A stretch of DNA of 64,000 nucleotides. Origin: Chrysomallon squamiferum. Its lineage: Eukaryota; Animalia; Mollusca. Positions 39,401 through 53,622 of the stretch are shown piece after piece. The stretch lies in NCBI GenBank assembly GCA_012295275.1, contig CM022674.1, forward strand, positions 1,612,001-1,676,000. The letters run 5' to 3'. The first letter of the stretch is position 1; every line of letters starts with the position of its first letter. The translations under genes were made by a program, and so were the position numbers. The notes beneath the pieces were generated by a model. The model was given only the letters and a program-made list of their open reading frames with translations. It searched no databases and was not told the DNA's origin.

Positions 39401-40257
39401 TTCATAGAGGTGGAATGAAAAAGGTAAGTATTCAGAAAATTTGGATTTTTAAAGTTAATTTTGGTAACATAGGCTGGTAAGAATTTAACAAAGTTATTAT
39501 ATTTATTATTATTATTCTTTTTTTTTATTAAATTTTATTTTATTTCGTTTTTGTCTTTCATTATAGAGACAGTAATTTCACTGAAGTGTCTTTATATATG
39601 TAAGAAATAATATAAAGTAAATTTCAACAAGAAAGCAAGTCATTTTTAACTTTGAAAAGCTTAGGCTGTTAAATGTGATAATGAAAAAATTAAATAATTG
39701 TGTAATTTCCTCTGAAATGTTATTCTGTCAAAGAACAAGTTGAACAATTTAATGCTCTACACTTTAAATGTCATTTGTAAATACACTGAAAGCATTAAAT
39801 AACTTTTAAACCTTCTTAAAATATATATATATATATATAGGTACATACACTAACTCCTCTTACTTACAAACCACTTGTATATGTTGATTAGATAATGCAA
39901 AGGTAGGAATCTAAACAGTTATATATATAGTATATCTATGCAGACATAAATAAATGTATCATCCAGGTACAAAATAATATTGTACAGGTTAATGATCTCT
40001 TACACAAATTTCTGAAATCTGAAAAAAGCTTAAAAAAATCCAAAGTATTTTCTGAGTAGCAGGAATAGTCATATACTAAAGTTGAACAGACTTTATTTTA
40101 ATCCAAAAAATACAAAAATAATTTTATATATTTATATATATATTTATAAATGTGTGTGTGTGTGTATATATATATATATACAATATTTATTTATATAGTT
40201 ACTTTAAAAAATAATAATAATAAAATTAAAATAAATAAATAAATAATAGTAATGATG

Positions 40258-40290
<33 letters not shown>

Positions 40291-40458
40291 TTATATATAT
40301 AATCCTGTGGACTGTCTGTATAATCTGTATGTAAAATATAAATCGAATTAAGTTTTGGACTTGGATTCTATTCTCAGATTCTCTTTCCTTCCTTATATTC
40401 CAAAAATTCTCAAGAATTCTCCAAAATCCAAAACTATTTCTAGTCCCAAGCATTTTGG

Positions 40459-40511
<53 letters not shown>

Positions 40512-40973
40512 TTTCTGCACCGATTTTCTGCAGATGGTTTTGTTCTTACTTAGAATGTATCAGAACAGTAGGAACACACACACAAAACAGCAGGTGAGTG
40601 TGTAGAACACAGAGATTTCAGCTTGCAGGTAGAGAGATGATTGATGTTGGAGGTATTAACAGTTTACCTGAACAGGTGTAGTGTTTCAGGTGAGTTGGGG
40701 GAAGTATTCAAGAAATTCGGAGTCTGGCAAAACTGTGGAATGAACATAAGAGAGACTAGAACAGGTCTGTGCTTAGAAAGATCTTTTAGTCCTTGTTTTG
40801 TTTTGTTTCTTATATTTGTTTTCTCTCTCTCTCTCTCTCTCTCTCTGAGTTTTTGAGGGTTTTATGAGTTTTGTGGTAGGGGTGTGTGTTTTGAGAATGG
40901 TGTTGTATTTTCAAAATATGTACTTAGGTGACAATGGTTTGATATATGGGTGTTTGTGTATATACTTACATAC

Positions 40974-41027
<54 letters not shown>

Positions 41028-41230
41028 ATGCAAGATGTTTATGGTATTTTGTTGCTATTGAAGAATGTATAAAGAGAAAATAAATAAATAAATAAATAAA
41101 TAATAATAATAAATAATAATAATAATAATATAATAGCAGTAATAATAACAGAGGAATAGTAATAAAGTAAGAACTAATAAAAAGAAAAAGGAATTACATA
41201 AAAAATCAAATTTAAATTAATAAACAACAA

Positions 41231-41261
<31 letters not shown>

Positions 41262-42380
41262 ATATTATAATAACAACAACAATACCAACAAGAACCACAA
41301 AAATAATCAACACCAAAATAAATAAATCTTTTTTTTTTTTTTTTAATTTCTATAAATTTTACAACAATCAAGAATATCAAAAAATTCCTAAACAGACACC
41401 TTCTAATATAACACACATTTCTAAAAAAAAAAAAAAAAAAAAAAATCGCTAAAATTTCAAATAAATCTTTTAAACTCGTTTCATTCAAGCATCCTGTCTG
41501 CTCTATAAAACTAAACCAGAATCCTTCTTCCTGGCACATTCCACCACCGCCGTTGCTGCCGCTGTTGTTGTTTAGCAGAAAATCAACTCAGTATGTTAAT
41601 TAGATTTCGTTTGACAGCCTTGTAAAGTTTACAGCATGCACACAACACCGCAATTCAGTCTGGCTGGATGATCTGAACACAGCACTGAGTTTACGAGTTA
41701 CCGGAAAACCGTAATTTCTAATACAATTACGAGTATTTACGTTTAAATGATATTACGCTTAGAGAGACGCATTACCCTGTTATGGTTTGGTTGCGTGTGC
41801 ATAGCAATGTATTGACTGAAGAGCTAATATATTGTGTCATAATATTTTATTGTATTTATATATATATATAAAGGAATATTGAATGCAATTGTTGATATGA
41901 TTATCTGTATTTGCATTTAAATGGCAGTGTATTAAGTGAGATAGTAATAAACTGTATTATAGTTGTTGTTTTTTATATGTAAATAAATATTAAATACAGT
42001 TTTAATATATATATAAATATATGTGTATGTGTGTGTGTGTCTCTTTCTCTCTCTCTCTCTCTATATATATATGTATGTGTATATGTAGATATGTGTGTAT
42101 ATATATGTAGAGGTTTGATAGCTATTTATCTATCTATCTATATATATATAAGGAGAGAGAGAGAGAGATTTTTGCATACTATAAAATGTGGAGATATACA
42201 GAACATTATGTTTGAGTTCAACAGGATTTATACACACAGTGATGGTATTTGTTTCAATGTACACAGTCAAATTTTTCTGTTTCCATAGGATTTTGTGGAA
42301 GAATATATTATACAAAATTGGACATAACATAAAAATCATTACGTTAACCTTGACTGATCATTTGAAATAATAAGAAAAAA

Positions 42381-43050
42381 TTTACTGGATGTTCAAAAAG
42401 ATTTCTATTGATTGGACAGCACGATATAATAAATTTAACTGGATTTGAATTCAAAACAATATCCAGTTTCCTTGGACGGATGTAACACTTAATCCGATTG
42501 GATGTTTGTAATCAAATATTGAATTTGATTGGCCGTGGGAACAAATCAGTAAGGTTACGTTTGATTGGGTGCACAGAGTTTAATGTAATTTGGATATTCA
42601 TATCAAAGTAGTCAACTTGACTGCATTGAAACCTGAAACAAATTTTCAGTTTCATTGGATGTGAGAAAATATACAAATACAATTTGGAGTCTATATATAT
42701 ATATAAGCAGCAAGATTCATACTTTGACTGGATACGTGTCAAAAGAATAACATTCCTTTAGGCTGGATCTCAGTACATCAGTTTAATTAATTTTATTGGA
42801 TATATATTCAAACTATATAACATTTTGTTTGATTGGATGTCTACAGCAAATTATCAAAATACCTAATTTGATTGGATGTGTAGTCAGTAGAATAATATGT
42901 AGAAGAATCCTTCACTTCATTGGTTGTGCATTCAGAAGAATAACGTTTTGATGTTGAAATCAGAATAACTTGATTGCGTTACATACTCAGATCGCTAATA
43001 TTCACTTTGATTGGATGTAGACTTCAAAATAGTTACTTTCATTGGATACA
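42381..43050 (+). repeat. Array of ~20 TTGATTGGAT-like cores (inverted CCAAT boxes) with non-repeating spacers
   Basis: Exact ATTGG at 42411, 42497, 42528, 42564, 42654, 42795, 42832, 42871, 42919, 43010 and 43041. Single-mismatch variants fill the intervening slots, all on one strand. Confidence 0.75.
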
Positions 43051-43110
43051 TAACACCACAACACACACTGAAAAACATTCAATTTCATTTACACAAACAC
43101 TCTGTATATA

Positions 43111-43146
<36 letters not shown>

Positions 43147-43413
43147 AATCAGTGGATATTTTTGTGTGTGTAACAACAAAAGACATATTTGGTTAAAAAA
43201 AAAAGCAAAAAAAAAAAAAAAATTAAAAAAAATTATTTTTTCAAAAAAAAATGAAATAATCTGAGAAAAGTGAACGTGGCTCTGTTTCACTCTTCGTTAC
43301 CACGGTAATTGGGATGCAAGGCAGATCCATGGTGTGTCAGTCGGCCGATTGATTCTGTTTGATGGTGGCACGCGCGCACGGCACTGGCTGATGGGGCCGA
43401 TGTTGTTGACAAA

Positions 43414-43466
43414 ATGAGCTCGGGTGAACTGTCGTTTGTCAGCACACCACTGCTGGAGAGTGAGAG
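43414..43466 (+). CDS. Candidate first coding exon of an unidentified plus-strand gene (MSSGELSFVSTPLLESE)
   Basis: AAAATG start in a GC/CpG-rich island, strong GAG|GTGAGT donor at 43467 and an upstream in-frame stop. No homology recognised. Confidence 0.3.
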
Positions 43467-43491
43467 GTGAGTCTGTCCTGTTGCGTTCGTC

Positions 43492-44650
43492 CTGTTACAA
43501 GAGTTATTTACTAAGTGTAGTCACTGTATTATAAGAGTTATTATGTTTTATCATGTCACCAGAGTTATTTATTAAGTGTAGTCATAGTATTGATAATAGT
43601 TTATGTTCACTGTATTATAAGAGTTATTACATTTATCATGTTACAAGAGTTATTTATTAAGTGTAGTCACTGTATTATAAGTTATTGCATTTGTAATGTT
43701 ACCAGAGTTATTTATTAAGTGTGGTCATAGTATTAATACAGTTTATGTTCACTGTATTATAAGAGTTATTATGTTTGTGATATTACTAGAGTTATTTATT
43801 AAGTGTAGTCTCAGTATTAATGCAGTTTATGGTTACTGTTTATAAGAGTTATTACATTTATGATGTTACTAATTATTTATTAACTATAGTCATTGATAAT
43901 AGTTTGTTGACGTTACCAAAGTTATTTATTAACACATAGTATTGATAATTGTTTATGTTTACTGTATTGTAAGAGTTATTATGTTTATGATGTTACCAGA
44001 GTTATTTACTAAGTGTAGTCATATTATTGATAAAATTGCTTATGTTTATTTATTATAAAAGTTATTACTTTTGTGTTACTAGAGTTGTACATCAAGTGAG
44101 TCATAGTACTGATTATAGTTTATGTTTACTCAGCTATAAGTTATAATGTTTATGATATTACAATTTGTTTCCTGTATTATAAGAGTTACTATATTTTTAA
44201 TGTTACAGTTTATGTTTACTGTATTATAAGAGGTTGTTTTTGATATTATAACAGTCAGTTATTAAGAGCTGTCATAGAATTTTTACTTTATTATAAGAGT
44301 TATTGTGTTGATGAAGTTCTAGTTTATCTACAGAGAGTTCAGATGTGTTGATACAGTTATGTTATTATAAGAGTTAATTAACTGTTGTCATAGTATTGAA
44401 AAGAGTCGTTTGTTACATTTAATTATTATTTTAGGATTTATTTATTACATTTATGGTATAACGTTATTAAATATGGTATAACGTTATTAAATATTATAAG
44501 AGTTTTTACATTTGCTTATTGTGGCATTTACTGCATTGTAAGTTATTACTTTAATGATGTTGCATTTTTACAATTACAAAGTTATTTTACATTTACGATG
44601 TAACAGTCATTACATATGAGTTAACTATTATACTTTTATAACTGTTATTT
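43492..44650. repeat. Minisatellite of ~60/85-bp units (AGAGTTATTTATTAAGTGTAGTCA..CTGTATTATAAGAGTTATT..ATGTTAC) decaying rightwards
   Basis: Direct reading. Best-conserved copies are at 43495-43830. Confidence 0.85.
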
Positions 44651-45113
44651 TTTTAACTTCATGATTTTGCAACATCTAATGAAATGTATTACAGCACAAA
44701 CTGGTAGAAAGAGAGTGAAAGAAAGATGAAAGAAATAATGAGATGGAATGAGAGAAGAAATTAGAAAGACAGAGAGAATATGAAGAATGACAAATATCAA
44801 GAAGATGTGTTAAAAGTGTTTTGTGTAAAAGTTCGGTGTGATATTGATTTAACATAGTGGTTTTCATCTCTAATTTTCTCTCTGTTTCTTCATTTCTTCT
44901 TTAACTTTGTGTCTTTGTATTTCTCAATCCATCATTCTTTACTGAACTTTATTTTTTCTTCTCTCTCTCTGTGTCTCTGTGTTTAATTGTTTATTGATTT
45001 TGCATTTCTCTTTTTCTTCATTCTTTTACTCACTGTTCTTTTTTCAATATCTCTTCTCTGTCTCTCCATCTTTGTCTTTTTAGTATTTAGTAGTTTCTAT
45101 TATTATTATTATT

Positions 45114-45148
<35 letters not shown>

Positions 45149-46182
45149 TCCTAACTATAGTCCTACTCAATACCTTTATATATAATAAACACTAACAACA
45201 GCACCATCACCACCAACAACAACAAAAAAACAAACAATACTATGAAAACCTTTCATATAATATTATTAACTAAACCAGATTATTCTATAAACGTCACTTC
45301 AACATATTTATACTCAGCCAGCTTTTAATATCATCTCGCAATCTATTTCTCATTATTCAGTTTGTCCCAGGAAGAAATCCTAACCTCTACAAGTGTTTAA
45401 TTTGTGTCTAAAACGGTTAAGGAAGATGTAGGTGTCTTTGTCGATGTTTTTCCACTTTGCAGCGTGTCATGGCAATCCTACTCAAGTGTCATGACGGCGA
45501 TGTTAATAGCTGTTGCGGTGACAGCTGCTGTTGATCATGTTCTGTTGATAATGATGTCGACGTCAGTCCAAACTACTTAATTAGATCAGAGACGGGTTTT
45601 TTTTGTATAGTTGAGTAAATTATTTCATGAAACTGTACATCAGTAATTTGTATCAGTAATTGTTTACTGCCTTCTTGATAACAGTTTTACACACACACAC
45701 TCACACACACACACAGACACACACACACACACATACACACATGCACACACACACACAGACACACATGCACACACACACACACACATGCACACACACGCAT
45801 ACATGCATGCAGATACACATACATGCAGATACATACACACAAAAAAAAACGCAACATAATTAAGCATACAAATGTACATCTGTAGCTTCCTATCAAATAC
45901 ATATTTACCTATCTGTCCACCAACTTGCGTACATACCTACCTACAGACATACATACATGTGTCAACATTCACAAACGAAAAAAGACAAAAGCTAAACGAA
46001 ATAATAATAATAATTAGAAATAATAGATTAAAATTTTAATATTAATAATAATTAGAAATAATAATTATAATTTTAATAAAAAATAATAAAGAAAACAAAA
46101 ATGAAAGAATGATAAAGAACAAGAAGTAAACCAACAACAATAATTAGAATAACATAATAATAATCACATTTTAATAATAATG

Positions 46183-46215
<33 letters not shown>

Positions 46216-48755
46216 GTAATAATAATAGTAATAATAATAATAATAATAATCATAATAATCATAATCATAATAATAAAGACTTACATAACTCATTACTAAC
46301 AATAAAACCCTCACAACAACAACAACAACAACAATAAAATTATAAAAATAAAACAAACACAAAAACAAAAAATAAGAAATTCACAAAAACTAGAACTTCT
46401 CCACACAATACGTTCTGCAAAGAAAACACCAGTGAGCTAGACATAACACACAAGACAGACCAGCCATTTCACTGGACATTACGTAGACTTAATTGCTCGG
46501 CTTTCCTTCTCTCGTATGTCACTGTCAGTCAGTGAGAATAATGACCATGCTGGTCACTGTCAGTGCGTCCAATTAAACCATCCCAGCACTGACCACTGGC
46601 GGCCAAACTGAGGCAGTTTGCTCGTTAATGGTGGTCGTAAACGAACGCTGGAGTTGACATATTGATCGATCAGTTGAGACGTTTTGAAGATAACATTTTT
46701 ACTTTTCTTGTGTTATTTGTGTTAATTTGTTAGTTTGAAATGTAATTTGTAATCTGGTGGTGGTCTTCTTCGATTATTGTATCTTGTGTTATTTTGTCTT
46801 GCTGTCTGTATGTCTGTGTCTCTGTCTGTTTTTCTTATTGCCTGTTTGCACATTTACACGCAGGCCTGCACATACATACACACATACAACACACATTTTT
46901 TTTATCTCTGTTTCTCTCTCTATCTCGCTGTCTCTCTCTCACTCTTATTACTTTATCTTTCCAGCCATAGCAAATGGTTAATACAGACTGCATTTTAAAG
47001 ACGCACAAACGATTGTAAAGACTGAGTCTTCACTATCTAACGCCCAGAAACGATAATATAAATAGTAGTAGTTGTTATTGTTCTTGTTGTTTGTGTTGTT
47101 GTAGTTATAATTATAAGTTTAGCTGAAACATTATTAAAATAATCAGCTGTAGCAATTACAGAATCATTTTACTTGAAAAATCTACTTGCAAAAATGTAAA
47201 TGATTCTTTAAAAAAAAAAAAAAAAAAAAAAATGGGGACTCAGTCTTTTAAGAATTTTTATTCTCAGTGATCAATTTTTAAATTATCATTTTGGTATGTT
47301 TAACACACTGCAGATTATCCTTTTATTATATTATTACTATTGTTTTTTAATTTTTTACTGGTGATAAATATTTGCTAATAATAAGGTATGACAGAATAAT
47401 GACACAAATAAGAGATAATTAGGCTGGTAGTTTTCATTAATTTGAGATGTAAAATTTTATACAGAGATACGTTGCTTTGAACCTTTAGAAGCATGTTATT
47501 TAATAGTTATACTTTATTATTAACAAAGACTGGTGTAGTGTAACATGTCAGGTAGGCAGTATTTCAAAAGTTAATTAATGTTAGGTATTGTGAAATAAAT
47601 ATTCATTGATTATCATTTATTTATATTCATCCATCTATCTGTCCATCCATTGGCCTAATGCATTCAAGGTTTGTTTGTAAGCTTGGTTTTTACTATCATT
47701 CCAATATCTTCTTTATTATTAGTTGACCTGTTTGTAAATTTCCATCTGTTTTTGAATACCTAATTTGTATTATTTATATATTTATTTGTTTGTTTATTGT
47801 TCAGGGTTTTTTTTTTTTTTTTATTTCAACATTGGTTCCTTTTTATTTTTTCAATTTAACATTTTGTCTTCAATTAATTTTTTTTTTAAATTTATTTTGT
47901 CATTTATTCCTCTAATTCTTCCATCCATCCATCCATATATCCATCCATCGTTTTCTTCTATCCTTCCATTTCCCCTAACCAATCCACTTTCTTTCCTTCA
48001 TTCCACTAATCCATCGACTCACCCATTTTGTCCATTAACTAATCTTCAAGCATCTCTTTTTCGCATTTCCTTTGATTAATTTCCAATCACCTGTTGTCTC
48101 TCTCCATCTGACATCTCAAATCTGGAGATCTCAACCCAGCTCACACTAGGACTTTATCCCAGTAAAAAGGATTCACTCCTTGTATAGGATTTATTCCCAG
48201 ATTCTCTACATTTCCCTTGAGAAAAGCCAGATGAACATTTTATTCAACCTGGTTGCAATTTGTCGTAAAGAAAATCGCACGACTTGTTCAAACGGAACTG
48301 TAAGATAATGAGAAAAATAATCCTGCTGGAAACAGAATGTAGACAGTAGCAGTCCTGTAGCAAGTAGTGTTTATCATGATGACAGTTTGTGTGACTTTGT
48401 CGGGTTGCTAAGCAAGACAGACATGTTCATGTTTTCTAGGAATTGAAGTTTTATGATAATTGTTGATTGATCGAAAGAATAGAAATAAAGGTCTTCTGTA
48501 AGGTGCCCATACAATAGATGTGTGTTTATTTGTTTGTTTGTGTATTTGTTTGTTTGTTTGTTTAATTATTTGTTTATTTATTTATTTATTTGTTTAATTA
48601 TTTATTTATTTATTTGTTTATTTATTTATTCATTCATTTATTTATTTGTTTGTTTGTTTGTTTGTTTGTTTAGTTGTTTACTTATTTATTTATTTGTTTG
48701 TTTACTTATTTATTTATTTATTTATTTGTTTATTTATTTTATTTATTTATTTATT

Positions 48756-48794
<39 letters not shown>

Positions 48795-49064
48795 TTCATT
48801 TATTTAATTATTTATTTATCTACTAAGTTACTTACTTAATTACTTATTTATTTATTTGTTTGTTTGTTTGTTTGTTTGTTTGTTTATTTATTTATTTATT
48901 TGCTTAATTATTCATAGGTATTTAATAATTACATCTGCTATAATATGGGATATCTAAGTCACTGATACACCCTTTTATGTTGCTTAGCAATGAATATATG
49001 TGAATATCTGTCTTTTCTTAACACTTTCTGAAAGTGTAAATATGTTTGTACATGTATACAGGAA

Positions 49065-49097
<33 letters not shown>

Positions 49098-49758
49098 ACA
49101 AAACACATGAAGAAATACACAATTACAAAATAATCATCATACAATAACTGTTCAGTTAATAACTACTGAATTTTATTAATTCCTTATTTTTTTTATTTTT
49201 TTTTTAAAGTTAATTCAGATATAACAACCTTTAATTTAGGACAAGACCACACTTCAAAACAGTTTTGATAATTATCTCATTATTAATTTTTATATTTCAC
49301 ATCCAAACCACACATTGCAGCACACAACAATTGTCATACCGCTCATCAATTCCAGTGTCTCACTTCTCTCATCAAACCCAGACGTCTTACTCTCTCATTA
49401 GTCCAGACGTCTGATGTCTGACATCTCATTAAAGAGTTCACGTTGTCGCTGACGTTGCATGAGGTCGCACGCCGATGTGAACCCCTGAGCGCTGTCGCTA
49501 AGATAATTAAAATGAGAGAAAATCCATTTCTGTTCTGCCTTTGTTGTGACACTTTGTGATATGAGAATTTTGATGAAGTAATTAACCACTTTTCAGATGT
49601 AGAGAGATGTGAATGTCTACCAGCAATATTCATGATTGTAGATGCTGTTGGTTGTAGATTGTTTTTATTTTATTTTATTTTATTTTCGTTTTGTTTACCT
49701 GTAATATCTTAATCTCACCCATTTGATTTATCTCTCTCTTTAATTCTCTTCTTTTCTT

Positions 49759-49836
<78 letters not shown>

Positions 49837-50229
49837 CATATATAGATATACATATACATATTCTGTATTTATGCACACACCTATAAACTTTAATATACAT
49901 TCACAAACACACAAGAACACACACATATACAATTATAAACACACCCACAAGCATATATACAAGCATGTGTGCTGTGTGTATTTGTATTATGTATATATGT
50001 TTGTGTGTGTGCATGAATAGACAAAATGCTATTTTAAAATCAATGTTACAAAGTATTATAACAAAATGTTATTTTGAAATCAATATTATAAATTATTATT
50101 ACAAAATGTTTTAAAATCAGTAATCAAAAGAAAATTCCAGAAAATATTGTATTGTCAATTCCTTACACAAATACAAACACACACAAAATTTGAGTATGTA
50201 TGTCACACACACAAGATTCCAGAGAGAAA

Positions 50230-52400
50230 TATGTTTAAAAATTCTAATTTTACAAAATATTTGTAATTCATAAAATTTGAGTAAATTGTTAATTTCCATA
50301 TTTTTTACAGGAAATATGTGTACTAATTCCTAAAAAAATTACTGTTTAATTCCTTAAAAATGTGTAATTCCTGAAAATTCCTGAAATTGTACCCATTTCC
50401 TGTAATCTGATTTTTTTTTTGGAATCTCATCCATGAAGAAAAATACAAGACACCTTATTTCATGCTTTAGGTGTAAAGACAATATTTTCCCCTTTTCTAC
50501 TACAAACACCACCTAAGGAATACCTGTGCATTCAAATCCTTGACTGGTACTGTCCCTTGGGTTTAATTATACTCAATTAATCTATGTGTTTTTGTTCGAG
50601 TCTTTAAAGACTGTATCTGAATCAGTGAACTTCTTTCAAAGCAAATCTGAATCAGTCAATCTGTTTCCACTTGATTGTTCACAGATGAAACAACTTCATC
50701 AGATGTAGTTGAAAGATATGTTGTGAGATGTCAGGTGCAGAGGAGTCAGTCACAGCAACCTCTTCAAGTGGTCACAACTACAAAACTGAACAGTCATCAT
50801 CAATCATCTCCAAATTCTTCAGTTTCTGAGCCCAGGTTGAAGAACCAAAATGGAATCAGTGAGACAAGGACAGATTAAGTGGATGATGGTCTTAGAAGAC
50901 ACCTCATCCATCTGACTGCAGTTGATGGAGACATTTTCAGGAATCACACTGATGAGAATGAATTTACCAGAAAAGTGGCCAGAATTAGTGGTCCTCAGGA
51001 TCATGAGAGACCAACCTGACAGTGCTTCAAATGAGCAACATTTGATTTCACTGTAAAAGACTGGAGTTCTTCTAAAACTGAATGTATCTCTGAGTCCATT
51101 CAGTTGTGTTGTTATCTCCTAACTAACAAAACAAAACAAAACAACCTTAATTGTCACAGTTTGCTCTTTCTGCTGATCCTTTGGCTGTGTGGATGTCTAA
51201 GTTTCCCATGGACTACCACTAATTCTGGCCAGATTCCTTTCTCTTCTGCTGTAAATTCTCAACCATTGTCACTCTGTAGTGAGAAAGGAGCACCACATAG
51301 GACAAAGATGTCTATCAGTTGAAATGTAACCTCATCAGTATCATGTTTCAGAGTCAAAAGGCACAAAACATGGATCTTCTTGAGGTGATCTTGACAGACC
51401 ATCATCCACTTAATCTGTCCTTGTCTCACTGACTGCATTTTGGATCAGATCAAGCTGGGCTCGGAAACTGAAGAATGTGGAGATGATCAGCTTGATGACT
51501 GTTCAGTTGTGTAGTCGGTCTCTTTCTCTTGTACTCCAAATTCTGGGTCTTGAAGAGTTTATACTGTGATGTCAGTGTGTTTCTTTGTCAAATCGTACAC
51601 CATCTTGTGTCAAATATCATGACCGGTTGCAATGTGAGTACATCTAACCACATCATACATCTCTTCAGTGGACAGGAGAAGTACAGAGAAGATTCATCTG
51701 CATGATGTCATATCTGTCTTTTCATCTCACCACACTGAACAACTTCATACGTGTTAAACAGATTGTACTGATTGCAGATTTGTCTTTGAAGACTCTGGTT
51801 GTGGCTTGCTGCAGTTCACTGACTGTTTTAGTGACCAACACTTTCTTTTTTGTCTTTACAAGTCTTTAAAAGACTCTCTTGAAAAACACATGTCCTGCAT
51901 ATCCATAATTGCAGTGTATAATTGAACCCAATGGACATTTGTACCAGTCAGACTCAACTGGTTTCATTAATGAGGAAATCATCTCAGGATTTGTCACAGG
52001 TAATCCTTAGGTGGTGTTTGAAGTAGAAGATGAAGAAATATTCTCCTGTTTTTTTGTTTGTTTTTTGTTTTGTTTTTGTTTTCTTAACAAACTGCTGCAC
52101 TGCATGAAATAACTGCTGTCTTGGATTTTTCTTCATGGATTAAGAAAATTTTCCAAGGAAATGTGTATAACAGTCATCATCAGATTTATGGAAAATTCAG
52201 GAATTTATAATTTTATAAGGAATTAGACATTACACATATTTACTGGAATTTTCAAGAATTAAATATATTTTTAAGGAATATATGAAGTAAGCATTTTTAT
52301 GCCAATATTACACATATTCCTAAAATTATAAATATCCTTTTACTAAAATTTTTTTATTTAATTACAAATATTTAATAGAATTTTCAAAATTACAGAGCTT
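50230..52400. repeat. Large imperfect inverted repeat (fold-back) with apex at ~51090
   Basis: Nested reverse-complement blocks: 37/37 bp at 50856-50892 vs 51396-51432, 16/16 bp at 50977-50992 vs 51215-51230, apex stem 51076-51084 vs 51097-51105, CAAACACCACCTAAGGA (~50503) vs TCCTTAGGTGGTGTTTG (~52004), and ATCCATGAAGAAAAAT (~50429) vs ATTTTTCTTCATGGAT (~52125). Confidence 0.93.
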
Positions 52401-52599
52401 TCCTAATAATTAAACAATATACATTTTAAATCAAATTTTCATGGAAAACGTTTTATTTTATAAGAAATTAGACATAACACATAATTGCTTTCAAAAAGTT
52501 CAAGAATTATATATATTTCCTGTGTGTGTATATAAACAGAGATTTTATGCCAAAATGATTTTACAGCAAAATATAAATATCCTTCTAAAGCTTTTTTTT

Positions 52600-53460
52600 T
52601 AGTGTTCCATTAATAAAAAACAGAGCTATAATAAAAACTATTATTTCATGGTAAAAAACGTTTTTGACTATTGAGAAAGCATTTTACTGTATTTTATTTT
52701 CAACAAAGTACAAACATAGGTGTTATAAAATGAGTGTTACATGTGTGTGTTTTTGTGCACATCTATTAACAAAAATTAGTAAATGGTAAACATTATTTTA
52801 CTGTTTGTATAAACAGAGGTCTTATAAAAAGTATTATTTCATGGTAAATAGTATTGCACTATTACGATTGTTTTGCTGTTGTTATATATTACAAACATAG
52901 GTATTATAAAAATCTATATTACATGCTAAACATTTTTACATCTATTAACATTATTATACTGTTATTACATTATAAACAAAGTATTATAAAAAGCATTATT
53001 TCATGGTAAACATTTTTACACTAATAATATTATTTTACTGTTATTATTTATTATAAACAGAGGTATTATAAAAATCAATATTACACAGTAAACGTTTTTA
53101 CATTATTTTACTGTTATATATATTGTAAACAGGTATTATAAAAATCAGTATTACCTGGTAAACATTTTTACACTATCAACATTATTATATATTACAGAGG
53201 TATTATAAAAATCAATATATCATGATAAACATTTTTACACTATTAAGATTATTTTATTGTTATTATATATTATAAACAGGTATTATAAAAAGCATTATTA
53301 CATGGTAAACATTTTTACACTATCAACATTATTATATATTACAAACAGAGGTGTTATAAAAATCAGTATTACATGGTAAACATTTTTTACACTATTCAAC
53401 ATTATTATTTATTACAAACAGAAGTATTATAAAAAAAAAGCATTGTTGCATGGATAAGCC
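52600..53460. repeat. ~60-80 bp minisatellite (AAACAGAGGTATTATAAAAATCAGTATTACATGGTAAACATTTTTACACTAT..), ~11 copies
   Basis: Direct reading. Confidence 0.88.
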
Positions 53461-53588
53461 TTTTTTCGCTCTCTATTCACGACACAACGTATAAACCTCA
53501 CTGTTATTTCCTTCGAGTCACCTGCCTAGCATCATTAGCAGTGTTAATCAATGAAGGAAATGTACAGTCTGTTATCAATCTGCGATAA

Positions 53589-53622
<34 letters not shown>

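Noticed and set aside
42381-43050. Core-plus-spacer array as a CRISPR-like locus
   Set aside because: The core is only ~10 bp, degenerate and non-palindromic, and there are no associated genes. It is reported as a motif array instead.
50675-51322. Short ORFs inside the fold-back as a protein-coding gene
   Set aside because: Frames are not preserved between the two arms and no homology was recognised.
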